A stretch of 43,374 nt of DNA from Octopus bimaculoides. Lineage: Eukaryota. The stretch's first letter is position 1; the number at the start of each line of letters is the position of its first letter. A program made the translations under genes and the position numbers. The notes below the pieces were generated by a model that saw nothing but the letters and a program-made list of their open reading frames with translations, ran no database searches and had not been told where the DNA came from. The DNA is taken from NCBI RefSeq assembly GCF_001194135.2, contig NC_068983.1, positions 120,978,384 through 121,021,757 of the forward strand, read 5' to 3'. Positions 21,323 to 34,986 of the stretch are shown piece by piece.

Positions 21323-21661
21323 ATCATCATCATCATTTAGTATCTGTTTTCCATGCTGGTATGGGTTGAGTGGTTCAACAGAAGATGGTGTGCCAGAGGA
21401 CTGCACCAAGCTCAAATGTCTGCTTTGGCATGGTTTCTACAGCTGGATGCCCTTCCTAATGCCTACTGTTTTATAGAGTGTACTGGATGCTTTTTACATG
21501 GTACCAACACTAGTGAATTACCAAGTAACTCTCAAGACATGACCCCCTCAACTGAGTGAGGTGGGGGGATAGTATCGAGAAAGGTGGTGTTATGCTAGGT
21601 GATGAAATGATAGGGGAACAGGAACTGGTGTCTTGTTGTAGGGGAGATACATGGTTACCCC
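21323..21661 (-). mobile_element. Diverged family C-related retroposon
   Basis: (CAT)n...TTCCATGCTGGTATGGGTTG...TTTCTACAGCTGGATGCCCTTCCTAATGCC. Confidence 0.7.
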
Positions 21662-22626
21662 TTCAAACTCACACACACACATACATATATTGTTTTTTTA
21701 AATGTAACATCTTTTAAAATAGTCAGAATTTTTATATATTGCTTTAATAACAATGCAATCTTATGATGACAGTTCTCAGAGTGACCTAACTTGAATGAAG
21801 TTTAAAATATTTAGAGCATCTCTACAAGAGCCAGAAATAAAATGTAAACTTGAAACCACCATTTTTACACATATTACTTGCATGATTTCTGTTAAAAAAA
21901 ATCATAAAGATAGGCCTTTTCTTCATTACTGTCACGTAACATTTCCAAAATATTTGAACAACATAGAAAATTTATGATTACCAGCTGAATAATCAAAAAC
22001 ATGAAACTCAGAGTACTGGAATTATCAGCCTTTCAAGTTATAATGCATTAAAGAATATTTTACATTTGCGTATTGATTTATGTAATTTATCTCTTCTCCA
22101 AATCTATACAAATGTGTGTGTGTGTGTGTGTATGTATTTTTTACACCTTATATTCAAAGTATAGTATCAAAATATCTAAGAATTTTATAAACAGTAACTG
22201 TGAGTTGAATTTATATAATTTAGTTAAGTGTAGCCAATATGAAAATAAATATTAAGAAACATTGAAAATCAAGGGAAAAAAAACCCAACCAAAATTGTTT
22301 AATTACCATTAATAAAGTAAGTATGAAAAATATCACTGATGGTGTACTTATAGATGATAGTAAAAAAGATTATATAATTAAGTTTAATTATATGAAATAT
22401 AAAAATTAGGAGGAAAAGTTGTCGACATCATCTATTGTACATATAGAGCCTAGTTATTGATGCAAGATAGTGAAGAATTAAACAATCAATAGGTAAATAG
22501 TTTCTTGGTAGACCCACCTTCATAGTAAATTATATAAAATCAACATTATAACCATGCAGTAATAAAGATAGGACTAAAAATGAAAGAGCAGTAAATACAA
22601 ATTTATATTATATATGTTGGATATAT

Positions 22627-22950
22627 GTCACTCTGTTGGTTACAATGACATGGGTTCCACTTGATCTGATCAATGCAACAGTCTGCTCATGAAATTAATG
22701 AGCAAGTTGCTGAGCACTCCACAGACATGTGTACTCTTAATGGGAGTTCTCGGGGAGATTCTGTGTGACACAGAATGTGCCAAGGCCGGCCCTTTGAAAT
22801 ACAGGTGCTACTCATTTTTGCCAGCCAAGTGGACTGGAGCAACATGAAGTAAAGTGTCTTGCTCAAGGACACACTGCGTTGCCTGGAATTAAACTCACAA
22901 CCTCATGATCATGTGCCAAGTACTCTAACCACTAAGCCATGTGCCTTCAC
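22627..22950 (-). mobile_element. SINE family B' (family B 3' half, different head and central domain)
   Basis: Shares GTGGAGTGCTCAGC...AATTTCA(C/T)GAGCAG with B but has GTGTCCTTGAGCAAGACACTTTAC upstream. Confidence 0.8.
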
Positions 22951-25047
22951 TATTATGATGGAAGCTTGGCAGGATTTACACAACTTCATTTTAGCAAATA
23001 GCAAACATTTAAAGAAACAAAAAAGAAAGCATTGATATAATGGTAAAATGATATTGGAAGAAGGCTTATGAAACTTAAAAGAAAAACTATATTGCTTGTG
23101 AACTAAAAGTGTAAATGTATCAAAATTGGTTTAAGTAGGTGAAACAACAGGTAGCTATTCAATAGTCAGATAAGAAATATGTTCAACATGGTAGAAATAT
23201 AATATTTATTAGTAGGTGGAGCTACATGTATCTATTTGATTGTTAGCTAAGCAAGATGTAGAACATGATAAGCATCAGTTTGCACACACAAATTATAACA
23301 GAGCATAAAAATTGTGACCATTGGGTCTTGTAATATAGATATAGCTAAGGACACAAATGTATATAAATCTTCAAACTTAATTGTTGAAGAGTAAGTTCAT
23401 AACACTCAGAAAATATGCTAACAGTAGTAGAGAAAATAGCAAAGATAAACTTGATTTTGGAAGAAAGCAATTTATTCAGCTTGATGTTTATGAGATTGGT
23501 GGTGTAAGAATGTTTAGGAATTTTTATGGTTGTATGATATTATTTTCNNNNNNNNNNNNNNNNNNNNNNNNNNNNNNNNNNNNNNNTTTATTGAGTAGGG
23601 CATCTTTGGCAAAGAATATTTCAGATACCTCAGCTGTACAAAAAGTTAAAAGATTTTTCATTTCCTGTGTATTTTTTTGCCTTTTTTAAATAACTCTCTT
23701 TCAGCTCAAAGGGTATGTTTTGGTCCTATAACTTCCTTATAAATCTAGACTGTGAAGTACTATTTCTTTCAGGATTACAAATGAAATCAGCATGAGAGTT
23801 ATATCTTATTTTAAAGTTATTACAAATAATTCCAATGTAAATTTTTTTTTTTTAATATTGTCCCATATCTGTCTAAAGAGACTACCTACATTATACTATC
23901 ACATGATATGAATAACTATGAATGTGACAAATGATTGCTGAGTCTTCATGTGAAGTTGATGGCTTCCACTTCTGCCTTTATGGTGTCTGAAACCCACTAT
24001 GACCATTATCCCCTTTTTCCATAATATATCTTTAGGGTATATGGATTGATGCTATGTCCTCTAATGATTTTATTTCCATGTACCCTTGACTAAGGCTCCT
24101 TTTGTGTGCATTCATATATCTTATGTAGATCTGGGTTGATGGACACAATCTGCACTCAAGCTAGTAGTACAGTAGTTTCTGAGGTAAAATTTCGGTTGTT
24201 AGATTACTTTACTGTACTTATTTTCCATTAGTTTCTTGAATGTTCCACACACTACTATCATCAAATAATTTCTTCCTGTGATATTAACCATAATTTTTTT
24301 TTTTTCCATCAAATATGATAGCCTTTTGAATAGTTCCTTCTCATGTAGCTCTCTTTTCCAAATGATATATTTTATATTTAGTTTTATATTTCTTTCCATT
24401 TTCCTGGATAAATCTTTAATTCCTATATTTTTTTGTGCAGTATTCTCCTGTTATTGTTTTTATAATTTCAACCATAAATAAATGTTGTTGATTTTTCAAT
24501 ATCTATTTCTGACTAGTGGTATGTTATGATGTGCATTAAAATAAATTCTCATAAGGTCATTTTTGTAAGATCTATGAAATATATGCCCTTGTCAACATTT
24601 TACACTCTAGGTACTATTTCTCCATTCAGATATGGCAAATGCTTACTGTAGAAGGACTCATCTGATCGGTGGGTAACAGTGTAGAGTATATATGTGCTGG
24701 AAAGTGCAACACAACTAAAGTTAAGGCTCAGTAGCTTGTTTCACTCTCCACACCTGTATCCAGTATGGTTAAACAAGAAACATCAAACCATGGGATAACC
24801 TAGTGTGCAGAATATGAAGCACATAGTAAATAGTATTAATGAAATACAGACAACATATTTGGTATTTTAAGCTTTATTAAAGCAAGGCTATCCTTGTGGT
24901 TTTCATACCTCTAATATGATTTAGTTAAACCTTCTACTTGTACACCCCTGTATATATACTTGATGATGACATTGATACACACACACACACACACACATAT
25001 TGTGAATATATAATATATAATAATATATTGTGTATATATAATATATA

Positions 25048-25271
25048 TGAGCGTGGCCGTTGCCAGTATCGCCTGACTGGCCTTCGTGCAGGTGACACGT
25101 AAAAGCACCCACTACACTCTCGGAGTGGCTGGCATTAGGAAGGGCATCCAGCTGTAGAAACTCTGCCAAATCAGATAGGAGCCTGGTGTTGCCTTCGGGT
25201 TCCACCAGTCCTCAGTCAAATCATCCAACCCATGCTAGCATGGAAAGCGGACGTTAAACGACGATGATGAT
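25048..25271 (+). mobile_element. Family C retroposon, 5'-truncated
   Basis: Near-identical to the 3' part of 11762-12282. Confidence 0.92.
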
Positions 25272-25284
25272 ATGTAATATATGT

Positions 25285-25605
25285 GAAGGTTCATGCTTTA
25301 ATGGTTACAATATTTGGCTTAGGATCATGTCATGAGTTTGGTTCCCGGCGGTATGTTGTGTCCTTGAGCAAGATACTTTATTTCACATTGCTCCTGTCCA
25401 CTCGGCTGGCAAAAATGAGTTGTACCTGTAATTCAAAGGGCCAGCCTAGTTACATTTCTGTGTGATATTGAATTTACTTGAGAATTACATTAATGGTGTA
25501 TATATATATGTCTGTGGAGTGCTCAGCCACTTGCATGTTAATTTCACAAGCTAGCTGTTCCATTGATCAGATCGATTGGGACACTCATCATCATAACCAA
25601 TGGAC
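25285..25605 (+). mobile_element. SINE family B'
   Basis: GTGTCCTTGAGCAAGATAC...GGCTGGCAAAAATGAG...GTGGAGTGCTCAGCCACTTGC; inverse of 22627-22950. Confidence 0.8.
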
Positions 25606-26437
25606 CACCAGTTATATCATATGTAACTGGTGGTCTCTTCAACGACTACTGAAGAGGTTGCAAGAAACAATAAAAATTTTAGAAAAAAATAAGTAAATGA
25701 GTGGAAATCAAACCAGTGAGTGTGTTAATTAATAGGGCATTAAAACAGAATGACTCCCTGGACACAATAATATATATATGTATATATCTTCTTATTCAAC
25801 TCAGATTATTGTCTTCTTTATTACTCCCTGACTCTCTTTTAATAACACCTTTCTCTTTCCCTTCTACTATTCCCTTCCTTAACACTTTTCCTGTTAATCT
25901 CTTCCCTTACACTCTCTCACAATAAACCTATTCCTATTCTTTCTCATAGTTGTTAGGTTCTCTAGATTTGTGAGTTACAAGGTTACCCCATTAGTGTTGG
26001 TACCATGACAAAAAATCTCTAGTATACTTAAGAGTTTGGTGAATTGAGCAAAGACAATGCAGTATTGAGAGGATTATTTAGTGTTGTCAAGGGTATAACA
26101 ACCTGCATAGTACTGCTACCTCGGAATTACACAACTAGTACACCCAGTAAAGTGGTTGGTGTTGGGATGGGCAACAGTTCTAAAACTGAAAAACCGAAGC
26201 AAGGTGGGATGCTCTGATTCATTGGATCTTGTCTACCTGTCCAACCTGTAACAACAGAGCATAGGAAGCCAATGTAAAATGACAACATATATATGTAACT
26301 ACTTGGACTTTGGGTTTATGTCTATTAGTATGTCAATTAAAGCACATTCACTGTTTGGAGTACCTGATGTCCTCCACAGTTATGATATAATTTTCACTGG
26401 ATCTATGTCAGGAAATCCACAATGTTTGATGAGTTTA

Positions 26438-26739
26438 TAATTGATGAAGGAAACAAAAGATGGATTTAGTACAAATCTTTATTCAGCACAACAATTGATT
26501 TGATCTATCCTTCATCTGTTCCATAGGGGTAGAATATTGTGTATCTAATTGTATGGCACCAATCAGTGCAGGTTGTGTCACTTCAGGTGTCTGAAGTAAC
26601 ACAGCCTGCACTGATTGATGCAACACAACTAAATGCATAATATCCTACCCCTGTGGGACAGATGCAGTACGGATCAAAACAACCATTGTGCTGAATAAAG
26701 ATTTGTACTAAATCCATCTTCTATTTTCTTCATCAATTA
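26438..26739. repeat. 302-bp imperfect palindrome
   Basis: Arms 26438-26586 and 26591-26739 are reverse complements (e.g. AAGATGGATTTAGTACAAATCTTTATTCAGCACAA / TTGTGCTGAATAAAGATTTGTACTAAATCCATCTT); 4-nt centre GTGT. Confidence 0.93.
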
Positions 26740-27001
26740 CATATATATATATATATATATATCCAAAGATTTAAATTTAAGAGAGAGATTTGATGCTAAT
26801 ATCCATTATTATTGTAATTTATTCTTATGTCAACATTTCTATATAAAGCTATATTTGACCGTCAAATTTAAGTCAAACATATAAGTTGCCTTACACGTCT
26901 TCAGGAAATACATTTGAGAACAAACAAAAATCAAACAAATTTAGATTTTTTTGCGGTGAAATCTCCTGCTATATTGGTAACGATTATATGGTTTTCTATG
27001 A

Positions 27002-27052
<51 letters not shown>

Positions 27053-27619
27053 AATGAAACTGGCTTTTTCACAATTTACAACTGAAAAGCAGAAATATAG
27101 ATGTCACTAATAAATATGCATAAGCATTATGACTAACAAAGAAAGTGTAGGTTGTTGGACCCTCATATGTTGAAACCAACAGAAGAGTCTGTCTCTGCAT
27201 GTGTGGTGTGTGTATGTATGTGTATACACACGTGCATAGAACCATACTTACATGCACACGCACACATTGTAAGTATAGGGGGATATCTTTGTTTGATTGA
27301 GCCAATCTGTTAGAACACAGCCAGACTTGTTTGTTCAACACATGCTGACAGTGATTCAGTTTTATTAAAGATAAATGAGTTTTCACTATTTTACAAGATC
27401 ATTGACCGATGGTCAGTGACTTTGTCGGAATAAAAATAGAGCACTTCCATATTTCCCACCTCTGTCACAATGGTTGATGTGTTTTTTTAATCTCGTTTCA
27501 AAACATCATGTATATGTATCCATGTGTATGCAAGAGGAGGAGAAAGAGAAAGAGACACTAAATTAGACTACATTTGCAAATCAGTTAAAATTATTATTGT
27601 TATATATGCATACTATCTT

Positions 27620-27812
27620 TTATCTTTCACTTGTTGCTGTCATTTGACTGTGGCCATGCTGGGGCAGTGCCTTGAAGGGTTTTAGTTGAACAAATCAACC
27701 CTCCCCACTTGTACTTATTCTATCAGTCTCTTACCAAATTGCCAAGTTCCAGGGACATAAACATACAGCACAAGTTGTCAAGCAGTGGTGTGGGGCAAAC
27801 ACAGACATAAAA
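27620..27812 (-). mobile_element. SINE family A 3' module (left part of a split element)
   Basis: GTCATTTGACTGTGGCCATGCTGG...GTACTTATTCTATCAGTCTCT...GTTGTCAAG...GGGGCAAACACAGAC. Confidence 0.8.
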
Positions 27813-27854
27813 GACATACTCACATACATGCACATATATGTATATATATGTATA

Positions 27855-29933
27855 TCTTCTGTCTGTGTATGTTTTCTCTATGCACAGCCAAACTGCTGGA
27901 TCAGTCTGTACCAAATTTGGCATGAAGGTTTTTCATTACTCAGGGAAAGTTCTAGTAGGGGTCAAATTTTTCCCTTGCCCATATAGGGGGCTGTAGCCCA
28001 CCTATACAATGCTTCCAATTTTTTTTTTGCATTGTTATAATACCAAATTTGGCATGAAGGTTTTCCATTACTCAGAGAAGGTTGTGGGGGGGGGGCAAAT
28101 TTTGGCCCTTGTCCATATAGGGGCTGTAGCCTACCCTATATGACCCTTCTGAATTTTTTTCAGCAGTATAATAGTTTCACTTTTCGTAACACTAGAGTTT
28201 CACTTTTATTGTTTCACTTTTATTCTTACTCTGTGTGTGTGTGTGTGTGTGTGTGTTTCCTCTATGCACGGCCAAACCGCTGGATCAATCTGTACCAAAT
28301 TTGGCTGTCTGGAAAGTACATCGGTTATGTTTTTTCACTTTAAAGGTAAACGATTCTGAAATGCTTTCTAATTGCAATAATGAAACAATAGGTTTAAAGA
28401 AAAGAAAAAGAAACAGTAAGGTATCTAAATAACAAAAGGTGTTCATGTGGACACACACTTATACACTGTCGGATATCTTTCAATTTATACGATAAACTTT
28501 GTAAATTTTAAAGCTCACTATTCCCGTGACACAATTTGGAGATATTGACATGAGTTATTCAAATAATTGTTTGTAGTCCCCCCCCCCCNNNNNNNNNNNN
28601 NNNNCCCAATACAGCCCTTTTTTTTTCCAGCAGTATAATAGTTCCACTTTTCATAACACTAATTTCACTTTTATTCTTACTATCTGTGTGTGAGTGTGAT
28701 GCGTTTGTTTCCTCTATGTATGGCCAAACTACTGGACCAATCTGTACCAAATTTGGCTGCCTGGGAATTATGTCAGTTTTGTTTTTTCGATTTAATGGTA
28801 AATGATTTTGAAATGCTTTTTAATTGTGTTAATGAAACAAGAGATTTAAAGAAAAAGAAACAGTAAGGTTTCTAAATAACAAAAGGTATTCATATGGACA
28901 CATGCTTATACACAGTAGGATATCTTTCAATTTATATGATTAACATTATAAATTTCAAAGTTCAATATTCCCATGTTATAAGTTAGAGATATTGACATGA
29001 GTTATTCAAATAATTGTTCGTGGAATGGACCTAATAAAATTAGCTAGAGTACACTTGATATTTCATATTTAAATCCGATATGACTATTTCTACTTGGATA
29101 TTAGTCCTACCTCAGATTTGAAATCAGATCTATAATTTTCCCCTAGCCATATGGTCTATTGGCACAGCCAAACTACTGGATCAATCTGTACCAAATTTGG
29201 CATGAAGGTTTTTCATTACTTGAGGAAAGTTCTACGGGATGTCACTAAAGTTTTAGCTTTTTTTCAAAAACAGAAATATGTTTTACATACCTGTCGTATA
29301 CGTCGGTTTTGTTTTTTTTCACTTTAAAGGTAACTGATTCTGATAGAAGCAAACACGATATTGAATAATTTTCTGTCATATGTCTACGACCCCACCTCTT
29401 TTTTTTAAAGTAAAGATAAACACTTTTTAATTGTGATAATGAAACAAGAGGTTTAATCCTTACCACCAAAATTCATTTCTCTTGGGAAATATAAGGGTGA
29501 TGATGTCTTCATTCCACAGATCCCATTAATCCCATCTGACTTCCCTATGAATTTAAACGGCTCCAGTTCCCTGTGAAACTAAGTTTTGCTATGTCCATAA
29601 ACAAATCTCAAGCACAATCTCTCAATGCTGTTGGGCTTAACCTTGCTTCTCCTTGCTTCTCTCATGGGCAATTATATGTAGGATGTTCATGAGTTGGAAG
29701 TCCCAAAACGCTTCTTCTTTGTACGCCAATTAAAGGACACACTGAAAACATTGTATATTTAGAAGTTCTTCAAAATTAAACTGGGATTGATTTCAGGATT
29801 TGTTTTGATAACTTTGTTTATACTCATGTCATAGGATAGAACTTTTCTGAAAATACCTTTTTTATCAGAATAAATATATTTATTTCCTTTAATATTCTTT
29901 AAATTTCCGAGTAATGCTGAGTACTTAAGCTAG
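27855..29933 (+). mobile_element. Internally deleted Helitron
   Basis: A|TC start and CTAG|T end (29930-29933), eroded subterminal hairpin CCGAGTAATGCTGAG, helicase C-terminal remnant, no TSD; sits between the two halves of one SINE A. Confidence 0.85.
29484..29779 (+). pseudogene. Helitron Rep/Hel PIF1-like helicase C-terminal fragment
   Basis: GKYKGDDVFIPQIPLIPSDFP / [52 protein letters not shown]...ENIVYLEVLQN*; one frameshift, one internal stop. Confidence 0.93.
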
Positions 29934-29951
29934 TATATATATATATATATA

Positions 29952-30115
29952 TACGAAAGGGTTCTTTCAGTTTCCGTCTACCAAATTCACTCACAAGGCT
30001 TTGGTCGACCCAAAGCTATAGTAGGAGACACTTGCCCAAGATGTCACACAGTGAGAATGAACCTGGAACCATGTGGTTGTGTAGCAAACTTCTTATCACA
30101 CAGTCACACCTGTCT
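29952..30115 (-). mobile_element. SINE family A 5' module (right part of the split element)
   Basis: TTCTTTCAGTTTCCGTCTACC...GACACTTGCCCAAGATG...CACACAGTCACACCTG. Confidence 0.85.
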
Positions 30116-31323
30116 CTTCTAAATTACTCAATACAAGGTTGTCTTTGATAAGGCAGAAGAGTAATACTTAAGTAACTTGACCTCAGAATATTAATTGAAC
30201 AAGAATGAATGAAAATGTCAATCCCCAATGAGATTTTAGCTTAGCAAGGAATCTCTTGTATTTGATAACTATAATGTAGAATAAACAGTTAATGTGCAAC
30301 TGAACATTATGTAATCAAAACTAGAACATCATGTAATCAAGACTGAGACAGACCAATAACTGATGAACTTTCCTCTGAGACTGAACTGGATTGATCTGAT
30401 GCATTTTTTTCTTTTTCTTTTTGGTGGTGGGGGTACTGATTTATAGTTGGTAGTATCAGATTAATCTGATACTTATTCTTGAAAGCTTGGGGAACTGACC
30501 AGCGGACTGTGGTCAGAGAGTGAATTAGTTTGATCTGGTAAATTATAACAACTAGGTAAACTAATATAATATTGAATAAAACATTTTGTTCAGAAACAGG
30601 AACTTCAGGAACAGATATGAACCCATGGCACACAAACAGATGGTTGGAGGATTTTACCCATTAGGCCATCTCACCTCTTCAGCCAGAACTATTGCTACTA
30701 TTTTCACTATTACCAGTTCCATACTTCAGTGATCATTATTATGACAAATACTTTCTCTATTACCACCACTATTACAAATAGATAATAAATATATAATTTG
30801 GTTACATCATGGATCAACAATTTTAAATTCTAAATGGTTCATTTTGATTTTTGCCCATTTTCTAGTGGCCTACAAACTGTATATTATGTAGCTTTTGCAC
30901 ATCAAACAAAAATCCCTGCACATGCCCTCATCTCCAACACTAGCAGTCCTTATTTATATCAGAAAAAATTAGCCAACAAATGTATTTAATTTGAATAAGT
31001 TTTAGATGTAATCCAAAATCCACAGAGATCATCACTGTAGCCCACTTGTGCACCATAACATAGTTGTTGCTAATACCTGGGCTATACCTTGAGATAATCT
31101 ATAAACCATACATTTCAATGTTTCCATGTTTCTACTCTTTCCATATGCATAAGCATATACTCTCCAGTGTTAGAGATAACTTGGTGAGATTAGTGCAGTT
31201 AATGTTCAAGATTGGCTGTTGAAATTTAAGGGTTGAAGGACAATTTTGGCCACAGTTCATAAACAGTGTGTTGAGGATTTTTAAAATACTATTTAAAGAC
31301 TTTAAAAAATCTGTACAAACACA

Positions 31324-31549
31324 CAGTGGTTCTTAACCATTTGTTCCCCTATGGATCTCTTTGATTCCTATTTTACTCAGATGGACCCTTCAATCTTCAA
31401 AAAAATTCTATTATATTTTTATAACCAAATATTATGAGAAATTGTTTTAAAAAATCTGTGAAAATAACCAATTTATTGCACATAAATTTTAACAATAGAA
31501 TCTTATGTGGACCCCCAAGGGCCATATGGACCCCAGTTGAGAACCACTG
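31324..31549. mobile_element. hAT (Charlie-like) MITE
   Basis: TIRs CAGTGGTTCTTAAC / GTTGAGAACCACTG; 8-bp flanks no longer match. Confidence 0.8.
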
Positions 31550-33240
31550 CTTTAACATATCGAAAAATATCTTATATTCGTAATTTTGTAAAATAGGTAT
31601 GATAGTTGTAATAGAGACTTTAGTCTCTCTCTATCACCTTTCAACAGCATTTTATATATGAAGAGACATTAGAACAATTAACAACATATTAAAAAGGTTT
31701 TATTTATGACTATGATGCTTGGTTTCACAATTCCTATCATTCAGCTTAGCAGCCGCTGATTAAGTTGTAGTTTGGTAACGGAAGGTTAAGGTCTCCCTTG
31801 ATGCCTGCCAGAGAACAAGTATGATTAATACAAATTGAGCCATAATTTTCTTTATTCTTTTCCCTTAAAATTTTGACGTTAAAATATAGTTTTCTTCGAA
31901 TTATTGATGCAATAATTTTAAACTTTCCATGCAAAGTGTGTCAGTAAATTTTTGCTTAATTGCCAGAGCATCCCTAAGTTTTTAAAAAAAGCCATGCTCT
32001 AGTGAGGCATAAGTGTTTTGAGTAAAGTGTGACATGGGACACAAATGCAACACCTGTCTGATGGAGGGCATATGGGTGTGCTGTGTTGGTAAGAATGTAT
32101 GTGTCTACAAAGTGTTTGCTATGTTTTATGTAGTGAAAGGTAGAATAATTTGATGCTATGTTTATCGTAGTGTTCTTATTTAATCTCAGGTTTGTTATTT
32201 AACTTATAGATCTAATGTAAGGCATTTTCAGCATGACTGTTCTGCCTTTCTGTATGTTTATAACTACATTGTCCTGTATGTACTTCCTTTTTTCAACATT
32301 GTGTGTTATTTGAGGGAAATTTGGCTGCTGTTTCTAGCTGGTCGAGTTGCCATGCAGTGGTTCGCTTGTTGGCTCATGTATTGTGACATAATGCTTGATG
32401 TTGTGTCGTGAAATGTTGCTACTTAACCACAGGTCAACTCTAATCTAACAGATATGATCAAAGGCAATCTAGTCATGACCATCTTGTCTTTTCAGGGGTG
32501 TGTTGGACTATATACGTAATGTACTTTTGTTAGGCCTATCACACTAGGTGATTTTTAGTATTTTGGCATTGTTGTGCACTGTGATAGGTCTTCATTTCCA
32601 CAAGTTTTATTCATAAATATTAAATGGTGGTGGTGGTGGCAGTTTGGTGGTATGTGTTGTTTAGCCTAAGGTCATCCCTGGTTGAACTGAACTAAGAGCA
32701 AAAGTATTCCAGCCATGACCATCCCATTTTTCTTACATACCAGGAATTACATTATCCACTATATCTATCCTTTATTGTTTGAGACAGTAGGATGTGTGTT
32801 GAGGGAGATTTGACTACTGTTTCTAGCAGAGCAAGCAATCTTCATAGAAGCTTCCTGGCTGGTCATAGTAGTGTTAGAATGTTATTGGTGGTGGTGGTAG
32901 TATTAGTAGCAGTGATAATGGTGTTGGAGGTGGTAATAGTAATGTCGATGATGATGGTGGTGGTAGTAGCAGTAGTTGTAGTGATGGTAGGGTGAGTGGT
33001 AGAACCAAGCTGCTGAAGAACCATGTATGACACTTATCACTAGTTTTTAATAGCAGTGCCTACAGCTCTCCTGTGTGTGCACTCACACATGCATACACAT
33101 GCCTATCTGTTCACTTACCAGAAAGGCCTTATAGGCACCCACTATATCCTAGATCTTGCTCTGCTTCACTAATTGCAGACATATAACATATACATACATA
33201 CATACATACATACATACATACATACATACATACATACATA

Positions 33241-33487
33241 CATCATCATCATCATCGTTTAACGTCCGCTTTCCATGCTAGCATGGGTTGGACGATTTGA
33301 CTGACGACTGGTGAAACCAGATGACTACACCAGGCTCCAATCTGATTTGGCAGAGTTTCTACAGCTGGATGCCCTTCCTAACGCCAACCACTCCGAGAGT
33401 GTAGTGGGTGCTTTTACGTGCCACCGGCACGAAGGCCAGTCAGGCAGTACTGGCAACGGCCACGCTCAAAATGGTGTATTTTACATG
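33241..33487 (-). mobile_element. Family C retroposon, 5'-truncated
   Basis: (CAT)n-CGTTTAACGTCC...GCTCAAAATGGTGTATTTTAC. Confidence 0.92.
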
Positions 33488-34986
33488 ACTACAGACTAGG
33501 TGAGGAACTGATGATGGTGGTGGTGTAGTTGGTGTCAGTTCGATGTTGTTGCTTATCCAGTTCAGTCCTGATTGAGTATACATGTCCAAAAACATTCCAA
33601 CAGTGACCATCCCATATAAACATTCTCTTTTTAAAATGCCAGGATGAGAGTTAAGTTTTGGCTGCTATCTCTAGCAGGTTAAGTAACTTCAGAGATAGCT
33701 CACTTACCATGTTGTAGGAGTATTGGTTGTGTATTTGTCTTCCTTATTGTTGCTGTTTAACCCCAAGTGAGTGTTACAATTACAGATGATTCCAGCCTTG
33801 ACTATCTCATTTTTTCATGTCTGTCTAGGACTATAATTTCTAATGTATTTTCCTTTCTAAAAACATCAGAGTCCAATGTTAAGGAGGTTTAGTTACTATT
33901 TCTAGCTGGTCAAACAATCACCTAGAAGTTCCTTTGTCATGTTTGGTGTTGTTATTGGTTTTAGCTGGTGTTTAACCGAGATCATGTGCAGAATTCAGTT
34001 TCTCCTTATGACTATGTAGAGATATACTATCCAGTGTGTTCTTTCTTTGTAAGACAGGTGTAATTTGAGGGATGTTTGGCTACTATTTCTGGTAAATTGA
34101 TTGTCCATGTAGTGGCTGCCTCATTGGCTTTTTCTTCTCCTTCTTCTTCTTCTCCTCCTCCTCCTCCTCCTCTAAGGGAGTGCAGTGAACTTTTTACATT
34201 CTAGAAATGTTTCTGTTGTTTATGAATTTATTGGAGCCTTGGAGGTATTTTACATTCTGGATTTCCTTATTGGTTTTTCAGGTACGTAATGGAAGAAACG
34301 GGTCAAGGCTATATAGTCTGGATGAAACATGTGTATCCTGTGCTTTAATTTTCTCACTTTTTTTTTTATTTAAGTACATTTAGAGAAGTGTTTGATAAGG
34401 AGATTTGTTGGTTATTGAAGTGTTGGTATATACTACTTAAAGTTATTATTTCTGTGTGCCTGTTATGGAGTTGTTGATGTGGATAATTATTTTGTATAAT
34501 GTTTCACTACTTGTTTCGCGGTTCATATCGGATACAAATGTGTGCCAGGTTTTTCTTGCTTTTCTTTATCTTTTTTATTTTCTTGTTCAATTGTTTGATG
34601 CTGTGTTTTATTTTTGTCGTCATCCTTGACCAAACGTATCTATAATCATGAAGGCATTCCAACCATCACCATTACGTTTTTCAGGGGCTAGATAACCCTT
34701 TTGTTGCCTGGTGTTGACGTGTTTTGTTTGGGATTAATCCCCATTTTTTATCCAGATGGTTCTTTCAGTTTTGTAGTCAAGTTTCATTTTGCATGTGTTT
34801 CATGTTGCTTTGTGGGAAAGTTTGTTTTCAGATGCATCTAGTTATGTGTTGTCATCATCATCATCATCTTTTAACGTCCATTCTATGCAGTAAAAGTTGG
34901 TGACTGTAATTGTTGCTATTGTTTTCCTTTAAACCCAGGTCAACTCTGATCAAAGATATTCCAACACAAACCTTTTTTTTTTTTTT

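Noticed and set aside
25327-25340. TGT CAT GAG TTT (CHEF), like the next PKC exon
   Set aside because: Lies in the tRNA-like head of a SINE B' copy with no upstream VHKR.
27400-27420. Hairpin or nuclear-receptor-like site TCATTGACC-GAT-GGTCAGTGA
   Set aside because: Short enough to occur by chance; no conservation data.
30337-30633. 98-aa minus-strand ORF and nearby Ser-rich frames
   Set aside because: No recognisable domain and no convincing splice pair.
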